Shown here: positions 24,011-34,957 of the stretch, piece by piece
Layout of the letters: the number at the start of each line of letters is the position of its first letter
How positions within the stretch are numbered: position 1 is the stretch's first letter
NCBI GenBank assembly: GCA_963605945.1
Contig: CAVCWF010000151.1
Location: 1-38,453, forward strand
Reading direction: 5' to 3'
Origin: Lachnospiraceae bacterium
GTDB lineage: Bacteria > Bacillota > Clostridia > Oscillospirales > Oscillospiraceae
Length of the DNA: 38,453 nt
Translations under genes and position numbers: made by a program
Notes under the pieces: model-generated
Told to the model about the DNA's origin: nothing
Seen by the model: the letters and a program-made list of their open reading frames with translations, nothing else
Database searches by the model: none

Positions 24011-25285
24011 ATGTCCCAAAAAGCACGAAGAATACTGAGTATATATGCCGCAGCGGCGATCGCGGTGCTGGCGGTGTACTCCTGCGTCAGCCATGTGCGG
24101 CTGGAGAACTACCGGCTCATCGCAAAATACAGCTCGCAGCGCGCGTTTGAGGAGACGGCGGCCTCGGTGCAGGAGCTGAGCGAGGCGCTTGACAAGGGCG
24201 TGTACGCCGTTGGCGCCGGGATGTGCGCGCAGGTATGCAGCGACATACAGGCGGCGGCGCAGTCCGCGGAGGCCGCGATGGCGACGCTGCCGTTCACGAC
24301 TCAGGAGCTGAGCCGTACGGCGGGCTTTCTCGGCACGGCGGGGGACTACGCGATGTCGCTTGCGCGGCAGGACGGCGAATTCACCGGCGAGCAGCGGGAG
24401 ACACTGCGCAGTCTCTCCGACAAGGCCGGGGAGTTCAGCGCGCTGCTTCAGGAGCTGCGCGGCAGCATCAACGACGGCGAGGTAATGATCGACCGGCAGG
24501 AGCAGCGGCTCCAGAACGTCGGCGAGAACGGCGGCGTCATGCTCAGCGCGCGTCTGACCGAGTATGAGGGCGACTTCGACATGCCCGACATGCCGGAATA
24601 CGAGGGGCGCTACACCGCGAGTGAGACGGCGCGCACCGGAGATATGAGCGACGAGGAGATGCTGTCCGCCGCGGCGGCGCTCGCGGGCGTGGAGCCGGAC
24701 GAGCTGAAAAAAGAGTACGGCTACGAGGGCGAGAGCAGACTGCGGTGTTACAGCGCGGGGACGAAATATATCCTCGTCAGCTCCGCCGGGGTCGAGAGCC
24801 TTACGGATTCCCGCCTTGTTGAGGAGGCGCAGATAGACATGGAGCAGGCGCGGCAGCTTGCGGAGGAATTTCTGGCCGCGAACGGATATGAAGATCTCAA
24901 GCTCAGCGCCGAGGGGCAGAACGGAGCCGTCGCGCGGTTTGAATATATATGCACCGACGGGGAGGCGGACTGCCTCGACAGCGGCCTGAGCGTCGCAATC
25001 GCGCTGGACACCGGGGAGGTTTATACCTTCGACGCGGAGGACTATTCCGACGCGGACATGGAGGACAGCCAGTGGCAGATAAGCGAGGAGGACGCCCGCG
25101 CGAAGCTGCCGTCAGGGCTGGAGGCTGAGAGCTGCCGCAAGGTGGTCGTCGACAGCGTCGGCGGGAAACCGACCGCCTGCTACGAGCTTGTCTGCACCGA
25201 CGGCGACCGGCGCGTGACGATATATCTAAACGCATCCGACGGCGTGCAGCAGGAGATAAAAGTTGAGCGAACGGGCGAAACATGA
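24011..25285 (+). CDS. ypeB: Germination protein YpeB-like (N-terminal membrane anchor, C-terminal PepSY-like repeats)
   Basis: It has an N-terminal TM helix. The segment LENYRLIAKYSSQRAFEETAASVQELSEAL...ATLPFTTQELSRTAGFLGTAGDYAMSL parallels B. subtilis YpeB (ENNYQRAFHEL...QLPLT...KTEELLSKIGDFSYKTS) as I recall it. No sleB lies adjacent. Confidence 0.6.
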   Translation: MSQKARRILSIYAAAAIAVLAVYSCVSHVRLENYRLIAKYSSQRAFEETAASVQELSEALDKGVYAVGAGMCAQVCSDIQAAAQSAEAAMATLPFTTQELSRTAGFLGTAGDYAMSLARQDGEFTGEQRETLRSLSDKAGEFSALLQELRGSINDGEVMIDRQEQRLQNVGENGGVMLSARLTEYEGDFDMPDMPEYEGRYTASETARTGDMSDEEMLSAAAALAGVEPDELKKEYGYEGESRLRCYSAGTKYILVSSAGVESLTDSRLVEEAQIDMEQARQLAEEFLAANGYEDLKLSAEGQNGAVARFEYICTDGEADCLDSGLSVAIALDTGEVYTFDAEDYSDADMEDSQWQISEEDARAKLPSGLEAESCRKVVVDSVGGKPTACYELVCTDGDRRVTIYLNASDGVQQEIKVERTGET

Positions 25286-25327
25286 CATTTTCTAATGACT
25301 ATGAAAATTCTTCATGGTTTTATATAA

Positions 25328-25356
25328 AATCGGAGCCGAAAAGCTCTGATTTTTTT
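25328..25356 (+). terminator. Intrinsic terminator after ypeB-like gene
   Basis: The stem AATCGGAGC / GCTCTGATT has one G-U pair and a 6-nt loop, followed by a T7 run. Confidence 0.7.
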
Positions 25357-25471
25357 ATGCAAAAATTGGCCTTTGCCACTTGATATTTTCTTAACAGCAT
25401 GGTTTAATATACATATGTTATGGTTTTGACATGTGTGTAGGAATTTTGTCAGAGATATAAACATTTTAACC

Positions 25472-25500
25472 TTGAAAGAATCTCATTTATGCTGTATCAT
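25472..25500 (+). promoter_or_regulatory. Candidate promoter of the V-ATPase operon (-35 TTGAAA, 17-bp spacer, -10 TATCAT)
   Basis: TTGAAA lies at 25472-25477 and TATCAT at 25495-25500. Other weaker candidates exist in this 305-bp AT-rich gap. Confidence 0.4.
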
Positions 25501-25591
25501 GGCATTGTTGTACACATTGCCATGTAAGATGGCAAAAAACCCGAAATGTGTGTCATAAAATCAACAAAACTGACAAAGAGGAGGTGTGCCA

Positions 25592-25905
25592 ATGTCATTT
25601 GAAGCGATTGCGGGTGTGGCTCAAGCCGAAGCCGAAGCCAAGGAACTGATATCCGGGGCGGAGCTGAAGGCTCGCCAGATGTCAGCCGAAGCCGAAAACG
25701 AAGGGAAAGCCGCGATAGAGGCTGCGCGAGCCAAAGCCGACAGCGAGCTGGCAGAGCTGCGTAAGCAGGCGGACGCTAAAGCGATGACGGAGGCGGGAGA
25801 GCTTTCCACAGAGACAGAAAACCGGAAAGCCGCGCTGCGCGCCAGAGCCGAAGCCAGACTTGAAAAAGCCGCGGCTCTTGTTGTGGAAAGGATAGTGAAC
25901 AGCTA

Positions 25906-25906
<1 letters not shown>
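25592..25906 (+). CDS. V-type ATPase peripheral-stalk subunit (G/H-type; E. hirae NtpF-like)
   Basis: The 104-aa product is an Ala/Glu/Lys-rich coiled coil encoded by the first gene of the operon. ATG 25592 has GAGGAGG 7 nt upstream; the ORF-track start at 25586 is a GTG too close to that SD. Confidence 0.6.
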
Positions 25907-28361
<2,455 letters not shown>

Positions 28362-28406
28362 TATTTATCGGAACACAGAACAAAAAAGCAGAACGGAGAA
28401 TACATA

Positions 28407-29006
28407 ATGAAAGGCACTGAAAAAATAATCGCGCATATTCAGGCTGACGCCAAGGCTCAGGCCGACGCGATACTGGCTCAGGCGGCCGAGCAGTGCGCAG
28501 CTATCAAGGCGGATTACGAGCAGAAGGCCAAGGCGGTCTACGGCGAGCGTATCCGTTCCGGCGTCAAGGAGTGCGAGGATCGGGCGGACAGTATGCGCCG
28601 CATCGCTCAGATGGAGTCCCGCAAGGGAGTTCTGGCGCTCAAGCAGGAAATGGTTTCGCAGAGCTTTGACAAGGCGGCCGAGCTTATCGCGGCGCTGCCC
28701 GCAGAGCAGTACACCGCGCTGCTTGCCAAGCTTGCGGCCGAGGCCGCTGTGACCGGCAGCGAGGAGCTTGTCCTCAACGCGAAGGATCACGACGCGGTAG
28801 GCGCGGCGGTCGTTGACGCGGCGAACGCCCTGCTTCAGGGAGCCGGCAAACCGGCGGCGCTGAAGCTCAGCGGGGAGACCGGCAGCTTTTCCGGCGGCCT
28901 TATCCTCCGCAGGGACAGCATCGAAGTCAACTGCACGGTGGAACTCCTTGTCGAGCTGTGCCGTGGAGAGATGTCCGCCGAGCTGGCTGGCGTCCTCTTT
29001 GACTGA
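28407..29006 (+). CDS. ntpE: V-type ATPase subunit E
   Basis: The 199-aa product has an N-terminal long helix (KIIAHIQADAKAQADAILAQAAEQ...) and a C-terminal globular domain. Its operon position is after K. Confidence 0.8.
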   Translation: MKGTEKIIAHIQADAKAQADAILAQAAEQCAAIKADYEQKAKAVYGERIRSGVKECEDRADSMRRIAQMESRKGVLALKQEMVSQSFDKAAELIAALPAEQYTALLAKLAAEAAVTGSEELVLNAKDHDAVGAAVVDAANALLQGAGKPAALKLSGETGSFSGGLILRRDSIEVNCTVELLVELCRGEMSAELAGVLFD

Positions 29007-29042
29007 TGCGCCCCCGCTATCCCAAGACAGGGAGGGAAAAAA

Positions 29043-30035
29043 TTGTCCAATAATAAAGAAAAATATCTTTATATATCCGCGATGCTCCGAGCGCGTGAGA
29101 ACAAGATGCTCACGCGGGATAAGGCGGAGCGTATGCTCGACGCCGGTTCCTTCGAGGAGGCGGCAAAGCTCTTGAGCGACTGCGGCTATGAGGATATGTC
29201 GCAGATGAGCGCGAAGGACATCGAAGGCGCGCTGGCTCGCCGCCGCGCCGCCGTGTTCACGGAGCTTGCGGCGCTCGCCCCGAACAAGATGATAGTCGAC
29301 GTTTTCCGCGTGAAGTATGACTACCACAACGCGAAGGCCGTCATCAAGGCCGAGGCTATGGGCACCGACCCCCTGCCGCTGATGAGCGGCGCGGGCAGAG
29401 AGAAGCCCGAAGCGCTGCTCGCGGCATACAACGAGGATCGCTGCAAGGATCTGCCGGGACTGCTGGGCGACGCGATGACCGAGGCAAAATCGGTTCTCGC
29501 GCGCAGTGCGAACCCGCAGCTTGCCGACTTCGTGCTGGATAAGGCGTACTTCGGCGAGCTCGTGAAGCTGACCGACGCGCTCGACAGCCGCTATCTCAGG
29601 GGCTACGTCGCCGTCATGGCCGACAGCACCAACCTCAGAAGCGCCGTGCGTACGCTGCGCATGGGCAAGGATGTCGATTTCCTGCGCACCGCGCTCGTAC
29701 CGGGCGGAAACGTCAGCGCCGACCGCATCATCGCGGCCGCGTCCGGCGATTCCCTCGCTGCGCTCTTCGCGGGAACGGATCTTGCCGAGGCTGCGGCTCT
29801 CGGCTCCGCTGCCGTCGAGGGCGGCGCGATGACCGCTTTTGAGCTGGCCTGCGACAACGCCGTCATGGCTTATGTCGCAAATGCGAAACTCGCCGCCTAC
29901 GGCGAGGAGCCGGTCATCGCCTACATGGCTGCCGTCGAAAGCGAGATAACCACGGTGCGCATGATCCTCACCGGCCGTCTCGCGGGCATCGAGCCTCAGA
30001 CTATACGGGAAAGGCTGCGTGATATGTATGCTTAA
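29043..30035 (+). CDS. ntpC: V-type ATPase subunit C (d-type)
   Basis: The 330-aa product starts at a TTG with GGGAGGGA 6 nt upstream. The N-terminus YLYISAMLRARENKML matches the FAYLNARVR-type start of this family. Confidence 0.8.
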   Translation: MSNNKEKYLYISAMLRARENKMLTRDKAERMLDAGSFEEAAKLLSDCGYEDMSQMSAKDIEGALARRRAAVFTELAALAPNKMIVDVFRVKYDYHNAKAVIKAEAMGTDPLPLMSGAGREKPEALLAAYNEDRCKDLPGLLGDAMTEAKSVLARSANPQLADFVLDKAYFGELVKLTDALDSRYLRGYVAVMADSTNLRSAVRTLRMGKDVDFLRTALVPGGNVSADRIIAAASGDSLAALFAGTDLAEAAALGSAAVEGGAMTAFELACDNAVMAYVANAKLAAYGEEPVIAYMAAVESEITTVRMILTGRLAGIEPQTIRERLRDMYA

Positions 30036-30348
30036 AATTGCCGTTATCGGCGGAAGAGATACCGTCATGGGCTTCCGCGCGCTCGGACTGGAGACTTATC
30101 CCGCCGCGGACGCCGCCGAAGCCGGGCATATCCTGCGCCGCCTCACCCGCGAAAACGATGATTATGCAATAATCTATATCGAAGAAAATCTCGCCGCCGA
30201 GCTTGCGCATGAAATTGACAAGTTCAAGGATCGCCCCACTCCGGCCGTGATCCTCATCCCCGGCAGAGAAGGCTCGATGGGACTCGGACAGTCGGCGCTC
30301 AAGGCCGCTGTCGAGCGCGCCGTCGGCACGAATATCTTGGGCGACTGA
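30028..30348 (+). CDS. ntpG: V-type ATPase subunit F (E. hirae NtpG-like)
   Basis: MLKIAVIGGRDTVMGFRALGLE... is typical of F subunits. The start is either ATG 30028 or GTG 30019. It overlaps the end of the C gene. Confidence 0.75.
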   Translation: MLKIAVIGGRDTVMGFRALGLETYPAADAAEAGHILRRLTRENDDYAIIYIEENLAAELAHEIDKFKDRPTPAVILIPGREGSMGLGQSALKAAVERAVGTNILGD

Positions 30349-30386
30349 CGCCCTGTCCTTCAACACTAACAAAGGAAGGTATGTAA

Positions 30387-32156
30387 ATGAGCGGAACTAT
30401 AACAAAAGTTTCCGGACCGCTTGTCGTGGCCGAGAACCTTGCGGACGCCAACGTCTCCGACGTTGTCCGCGTCGGTTCTCAGCGCCTGATAGGCGAGATC
30501 CTTAACATGACTGGCGACAAGGCGTCCATTCAGGTTTATGAAGAGACCTCCGGCCTTGGCCCCGGCGCCGTCGTTGAAACTACCGGTATGCCGATGTCCG
30601 TTGAGCTTGGCCCCGGTATGCTCGACAATATTTATGACGGCATCCAGCGCCCCCTGCCCGAAATGCGCGCCCTCTCCGGTGACTCCATCACCCGCGGCAC
30701 CGACGTTCCCGCGCTCAACCGCGAGAAGAAGTGGGACTTCGTCCCCGTCGCAAAGCCGGGCGACAGAGTCGTTGCGGGCGACGTGCTCGGCACCGTGCAG
30801 GAGACCAGCGCAATACTCCATAAGATAATGGTGCCCTACGGCGTGTCCGGCGAGGTCGTCAGCCTGAATGCCGGCGAGCACGTCGTCACCGACGTTGTCG
30901 CCGTTGTCAGGGACGCGAAGGGCGTTGACCACGAGCTGACCATGATCCAGCGCTGGCCCGTCCGTATCGCAAGACCCTACGCCAAGAAATACGTCCCCAG
31001 CCGCCCCATGAACAGCGGCCAGCGCATCATAGACACCCTGTTCCCGATAGCAAAGGGCGGTACCGCGGCAGTTCCCGGCCCCTTCGGCTCCGGCAAGACC
31101 GTCGTGCAGCACCAGCTGGCGAAGTGGTCGGACGTCGATATCGTTATCTACATAGGCTGCGGCGAGCGCGGCAACGAGATGACCGACGTTCTTATGGAGT
31201 TCCCCGAACTCAAGGACCCGCGCAACGGCGAGCCTCTGATGAAGCGCACCGTGCTTATCGCCAACACCTCTGACATGCCGGTTGCGGCGCGTGAAGCGTC
31301 CATCTACACCGGTATCACCATCGCCGAGTACTTCCGCGACATGGGCTACGATGTGGCCGTTCTGGCTGACTCCACCTCCCGTTGGGCTGAGGCTCTGCGT
31401 GAGATGTCCGGCCGTCTGGAAGAGATGCCCGGTGAAGAGGGCTACCCCGCCTACCTCGCCTCCCGTCTGGCTCAGTTCTATGAGCGCGCGGGCGTTGTCG
31501 AGTGCCTCGGCGCGGACGACCGTCAGGGCTCCGTCACCGCCATCGGCGCCGTTTCCCCTCCGGGCGGCGATATTTCCGAGCCTGTCTCTCAGGCGACGAT
31601 GCGTATAGTCAAGGTGTTCTGGGCGCTTGACTCCAGCCTTGCCTATGCCCGCCACTTCCCGGCCATCAACTGGCTGACCTCCTACTCGCTGTATATGGAC
31701 ACTCTGGCTCCTTGGTACACCGAGCAGTTCGGCGAGGGCTACATGGCCAACCGCACCAAGTCCATGCACATCCTTCAGGAGGAAAGCGAGCTGCAGGAAA
31801 TCGTCCGTCTCGTCGGTCAGGACGCGCTGTCCCCGGCGGACAGACTCACCATGGAGACCGCGAAGATGATCCGCGAGGACTTCCTCCAGCAGAACGCCTT
31901 CGTCGACGAGGACGCATATTCCTCCTACGCCAAGCAGTATCGTCTCCTTGACATCATCCTGCAGTATGACGAGCTTTGCCGTGAGGCTCTGACCAAGGGC
32001 GCGGATATGAACGCACTCTTCGTTATCAGCGCCCGCGAGAAGATCGGCCGCGCCAAGATGGCGGACGCCGCTTCCTTCAACGCCGACTATGACGAGATCG
32101 TTGCGCTGATGAAGAAGGAGATCGATGAAGTCATTGCCGGAGGTGAGGACGCATGA
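30387..32156 (+). CDS. ntpA: V-type ATPase catalytic subunit A
   Basis: The 589-aa product has Walker [10 protein letters not shown] and a Walker B region [25 protein letters not shown] is present as RBS. Confidence 0.95.
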   Translation: MSGTITKVSGPLVVAENLADANVSDVVRVGSQRLIGEILNMTGDKASIQVYEETSGLGPGAVVETTGMPMSVELGPGMLDNIYDGIQRPLPEMRALSGDSITRGTDVPALNREKKWDFVPVAKPGDRVVAGDVLGTVQETSAILHKIMVPYGVSGEVVSLNAGEHVVTDVVAVVRDAKGVDHELTMIQRWPVRIARPYAKKYVPSRPMNSGQRIIDTLFPIAKGGTAAVPGPFGSGKTVVQHQLAKWSDVDIVIYIGCGERGNEMTDVLMEFPELKDPRNGEPLMKRTVLIANTSDMPVAAREASIYTGITIAEYFRDMGYDVAVLADSTSRWAEALREMSGRLEEMPGEEGYPAYLASRLAQFYERAGVVECLGADDRQGSVTAIGAVSPPGGDISEPVSQATMRIVKVFWALDSSLAYARHFPAINWLTSYSLYMDTLAPWYTEQFGEGYMANRTKSMHILQEESELQEIVRLVGQDALSPADRLTMETAKMIREDFLQQNAFVDEDAYSSYAKQYRLLDIILQYDELCREALTKGADMNALFVISAREKIGRAKMADAASFNADYDEIVALMKKEIDEVIAGGEDA

Positions 32157-33526
32157 TTAAAGAGTATAAGACTATAAGAGAGATCGCAAGCCCGCTGATG
32201 ATCGTCGATCAGGTCGAGGGCGTCACCTATGACGAGCTGGCCGAGATCGAGCTGCCCAACGGCGACGTCCGCCGCTGCAAGGTGCTTGAGGTCGAGGGCA
32301 ACAAGGCTGTCGTCCAGCTGTTTGAGTCCGCGCAGGGCATCAACCTCGCGCAGTCCAAGGTCCGCTTCCTTGGTCACCCGCTGGAGCTGGCGGTTTCCGA
32401 GGATATGCTCGGCCGCGTCTTCAACGGCATGGGTCAGCCCATCGACGGCGGCCCCGACATCCTCGCCGAGGCGCATCTGGACATCAACGGCCTGCCGATG
32501 AACCCGGCCGCCCGCGCCTACCCCGCGGAGTTTATACAGACCGGCGTTTCCACCATCGACGGCCTGAACACGCTGGTTCGCGGCCAGAAGCTGCCGATAT
32601 TCTCCGGCTCCGGTCTGCCCCACGCCGCGCTCGCCGCGCAGATCGCGCGTCAGGCAAAGGTTCTGGGCGACAACGAGACCTTCGCGGTCGTGTTCGCTGC
32701 CGTCGGCATAACGTTTGAGGAGTCCGAGTACTTCATCAACGATTTCCGACGCACCGGCGCTATCGAGCGTACCGTCGTATTCTCGAACCTTGCGAACGAC
32801 CCGGCAGTCGAGCGTATCGCAACTCCGCGTATGGCGCTGACCGCCGCCGAGTACCTCGCCTTCGAGAAGGACATGCAGGTTCTCGTCATCATCACCGATA
32901 TCACCAACTACGCCGAGGCTCTGCGTGAGGTCTCCGCGGCAAAGAAGGAAGTCCCCGGCCGCCGCGGCTACCCCGGCTACCTGTACACCGACCTTGCGAC
33001 CATGTATGAGCGCGCAGGCCGCCGTCAGGGCAAGAAGGGCTCCATCACCATGATCCCCATCCTGACCATGCCTGAGGACGACAAGACTCACCCCATCCCC
33101 GACCTGACCGGCTACATCACCGAGGGTCAGATAATCCTCAGCCGTGAGCTGCACCGCAAGGGCATAGTTCCTCCTGTGGACGTTCTGCCGTCCCTGAGCC
33201 GTCTGAAGGATAAGGGTATCGGCGTCGGCAAGACCCGTGAGGATCACGCCGGAACGATGAACCAGCTCTTCGCCGCGTACTCCCGCGGCAAGGACGCCAA
33301 GGAGCTTATGACCATCCTCGGCGAGGCCGCGCTGTCCGACGACGACAAGCTCTTCGCAAAGTTTGCGGACGAGTTCGAGAAGGTCTATGTCAGTCAGGGC
33401 AACACCACCAACCGCAGCATCGAGGAGACGCTGAACATCGGCTGGGAGCTGCTGAGCATCCTCCCGCGCCGTGAGCTGAAGCGTATCAAGCCCGAAATGA
33501 TCGACAAGTACATGCCCAAGAAGTAA
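32153..33526 (+). CDS. ntpB: V-type ATPase subunit B
   Basis: The 457-aa product contains [15 protein letters not shown] and [33 protein letters not shown]. An ATGA overlap links it to the A gene. Confidence 0.95.
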   Translation: MIKEYKTIREIASPLMIVDQVEGVTYDELAEIELPNGDVRRCKVLEVEGNKAVVQLFESAQGINLAQSKVRFLGHPLELAVSEDMLGRVFNGMGQPIDGGPDILAEAHLDINGLPMNPAARAYPAEFIQTGVSTIDGLNTLVRGQKLPIFSGSGLPHAALAAQIARQAKVLGDNETFAVVFAAVGITFEESEYFINDFRRTGAIERTVVFSNLANDPAVERIATPRMALTAAEYLAFEKDMQVLVIITDITNYAEALREVSAAKKEVPGRRGYPGYLYTDLATMYERAGRRQGKKGSITMIPILTMPEDDKTHPIPDLTGYITEGQIILSRELHRKGIVPPVDVLPSLSRLKDKGIGVGKTREDHAGTMNQLFAAYSRGKDAKELMTILGEAALSDDDKLFAKFADEFEKVYVSQGNTTNRSIEETLNIGWELLSILPRRELKRIKPEMIDKYMPKK

Positions 33527-33558
33527 AAACCCAAAATTATTTACGGAGGTGATGCTTT

Positions 33559-34212
33559 TTGGCGAGTACCGCAATAACTCCGACCAGAATGGTGCTCAAC
33601 CAGCTCAAGGGCCGGCTCAAGACCGCCCGAAGAGGCCACAAGCTGCTCAAGGACAAGCGCGATGAGCTGATGCGTCAGTTCATGGACGTCGTGAAGCTCA
33701 ATAAGCAGCTGCGTATGAAGGTCGAGGAGGGCTTGACCGCCGCGTTCTCGTCCCTTCAGGTGGCAAGCGCCATCATGTCCCCGGAGATGCTTGAGCAGGC
33801 GCTGATGTATCCGCGCCAGAGCGTCGAGCTGGGGCTGGAGTTTAAGAACATAATGAGCGTCAACGTGCCGCGTTACAGCTTCCATACCAAGAATAACGAC
33901 CCGTCCGAAATCTATCCCTACGGTTTCGCGCAGACCTCCGGCGAGCTGGATGATGCGCTGGATAAGATGGCGAGGGTGTTTGAGGATATGCTGGAGCTGG
34001 CTCAGGTCGAGAAGACCATGCAGCTTCTCGCGGAGGAGATCGAGAAGACCCGCCGCCGCGTCAACGCGCTGGAGTACGTTATGATCCCGGAGCTTGAGGG
34101 CAATATCAAGTATATTTCCATGAAGCTGGAGGAGAACGAGAACTCCACGAAGGTTCGTTTGCTGAAGGTCAAGGAAATGGTTCTTCAGGACGCGCATAAT
34201 TACAAGCAATAA
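33559..34212 (+). CDS. ntpD: V-type ATPase central-stalk subunit D
   Basis: The 217-aa product starts at a TTG with GGAGG 9 nt upstream. The N-terminus ITPTRMVLNQLKGRLKTARRGHKLLKDKRDEL is the family signature. Confidence 0.9.
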   Translation: MASTAITPTRMVLNQLKGRLKTARRGHKLLKDKRDELMRQFMDVVKLNKQLRMKVEEGLTAAFSSLQVASAIMSPEMLEQALMYPRQSVELGLEFKNIMSVNVPRYSFHTKNNDPSEIYPYGFAQTSGELDDALDKMARVFEDMLELAQVEKTMQLLAEEIEKTRRRVNALEYVMIPELEGNIKYISMKLEENENSTKVRLLKVKEMVLQDAHNYKQ

Positions 34213-34226
34213 GCCAATAAAGCGAA

Positions 34227-34259
34227 CGCCCCGACGGGATCCCGTCGGGGCGGTTTTTT
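34227..34259 (+). terminator. Strong intrinsic terminator of the V-ATPase operon
   Basis: The palindrome CGCCCCGACGGGA / TCCCGTCGGGGCG is a stem of about 11-13 bp, followed by GTTTTTT. Confidence 0.85.
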
Positions 34260-34367
34260 GCGGGGTTTTGGCGATGTGATGCGAAGTTTTTGCCGCACCC
34301 TCGGCGCCCCTTCTAGGTTGCGAAGCGGCGGCGAAGATTTGCCTTGCCGTGCCGCAACACCCCACTT

Positions 34368-34413
34368 GGCGCCCCTTTTAGGGGAGCTGGCGCAAAGCGC
34401 CTGAGGGGGCGCC
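34368..34413. repeat. Double-hairpin repeat unit, copy 1 (core GGGAGCTG-[hairpin]-CTGAGGG)
   Basis: The sequence is GGCGCCCCTTTTAGGGGAGCTGGCGCAAAGCGCCTGAGGGGGCGCC. The outer arms are GGCGCCCCT / AGGGGGCGCC and the inner hairpin is GGCGC-AAA-GCGCC. A partial copy (GGCGCCCCTTCTAGG...) lies at about 34305. Confidence 0.6.
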
Positions 34414-34465
34414 GGTGTGGAGAAAGTGCCATTGGAGAAAAGAGAAGGCAATATAAAGACCCACT

Positions 34466-34594
34466 CTGTCATTCCGAGACCAGTGACCGACGTCACTGGT
34501 CGTGGGAATCCGTTTCTCCTTATGTCGGCAGTATGTTTACGTACCGCATAAAGGAGAACGGATTGCCGCGTCGCTCCGCTCCTCGCAATGACAG
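34466..34594. repeat. 129-bp imperfect palindromic element (REP/MITE-like)
   Basis: The outer arms are CTGTCATTCCGAG / CTCGCAATGACAG. The middle arms are GGGAATCCGTTTCTCCTTATG / CATAAAGGAGAACGGATTGCC. A side hairpin ACCAGTGA-CCGACG-TCACTGGT is present. Confidence 0.65.
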
Positions 34595-34673
34595 GGTGAT
34601 TTTATATTTGTGCGCCGATTTGACGTACGTTCAATGTTGAAAAAAGGAAGCGCACGTTAAGGTTTCTTTTTTC

Positions 34674-34719
34674 GGCTCCCTTGTGTAAAGGGAGCTGTCG
34701 CGGAGCGACTGAGGGATTG
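34674..34719. repeat. Double-hairpin repeat unit, copy 2 (forward)
   Basis: The sequence is GGCTCCCTTGTGTAAAGGGAGCTGTCGCGGAGCGACTGAGGGATTG. Hairpin 1 is GCTCCCTT/AAGGGAGC and hairpin 2 is GTCGC-GGA-GCGAC. Confidence 0.65.
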
Positions 34720-34784
34720 TTCTATGTGCCGTAAATATCACGTATTTGCCTTAAAACGATGCATAATTTGAACATTATTCCGCA

Positions 34785-34836
34785 CAATCCCTCCGGCTCG
34801 GCTTACGCCGACCCACCTCCCTTTACACAAGGGAGG
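34785..34836. repeat. Double-hairpin repeat unit, copy 3 (inverted orientation)
   Basis: The sequence is CAATCCCTCCGGCTCGGCTTACGCCGACCCACCTCCCTTTACACAAGGGAGG. Its reverse complement aligns with copy 2 (CCTCCCTTGTGTAAAGGGAGGTG...hairpin TCGGC-GTAA-GCCGA...GGAGGGATTG). Confidence 0.65.
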
Positions 34837-34897
34837 CGCTTCGCGGCAAATGTTAGTGGCTGGATGTATAGTTTCACATTGTGCTTTGTTATAAGAA

Positions 34898-34921
34898 CGG
34901 GACGGCCTCTGTGCCGTCCCG
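34898..34921 (-). terminator. Candidate terminator of the PNPOx-family gene
   Basis: The stem CGGGACGGC / GCCGTCCCG has a 6-nt loop and lies 37 nt past the minus-strand stop. The downstream minus-strand sequence TTCTTAT is only moderately T-rich. Confidence 0.5.
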
Positions 34922-34957
34922 CTGTCATAAGAAAGCAGCGTATAAATACCTGCCCCG

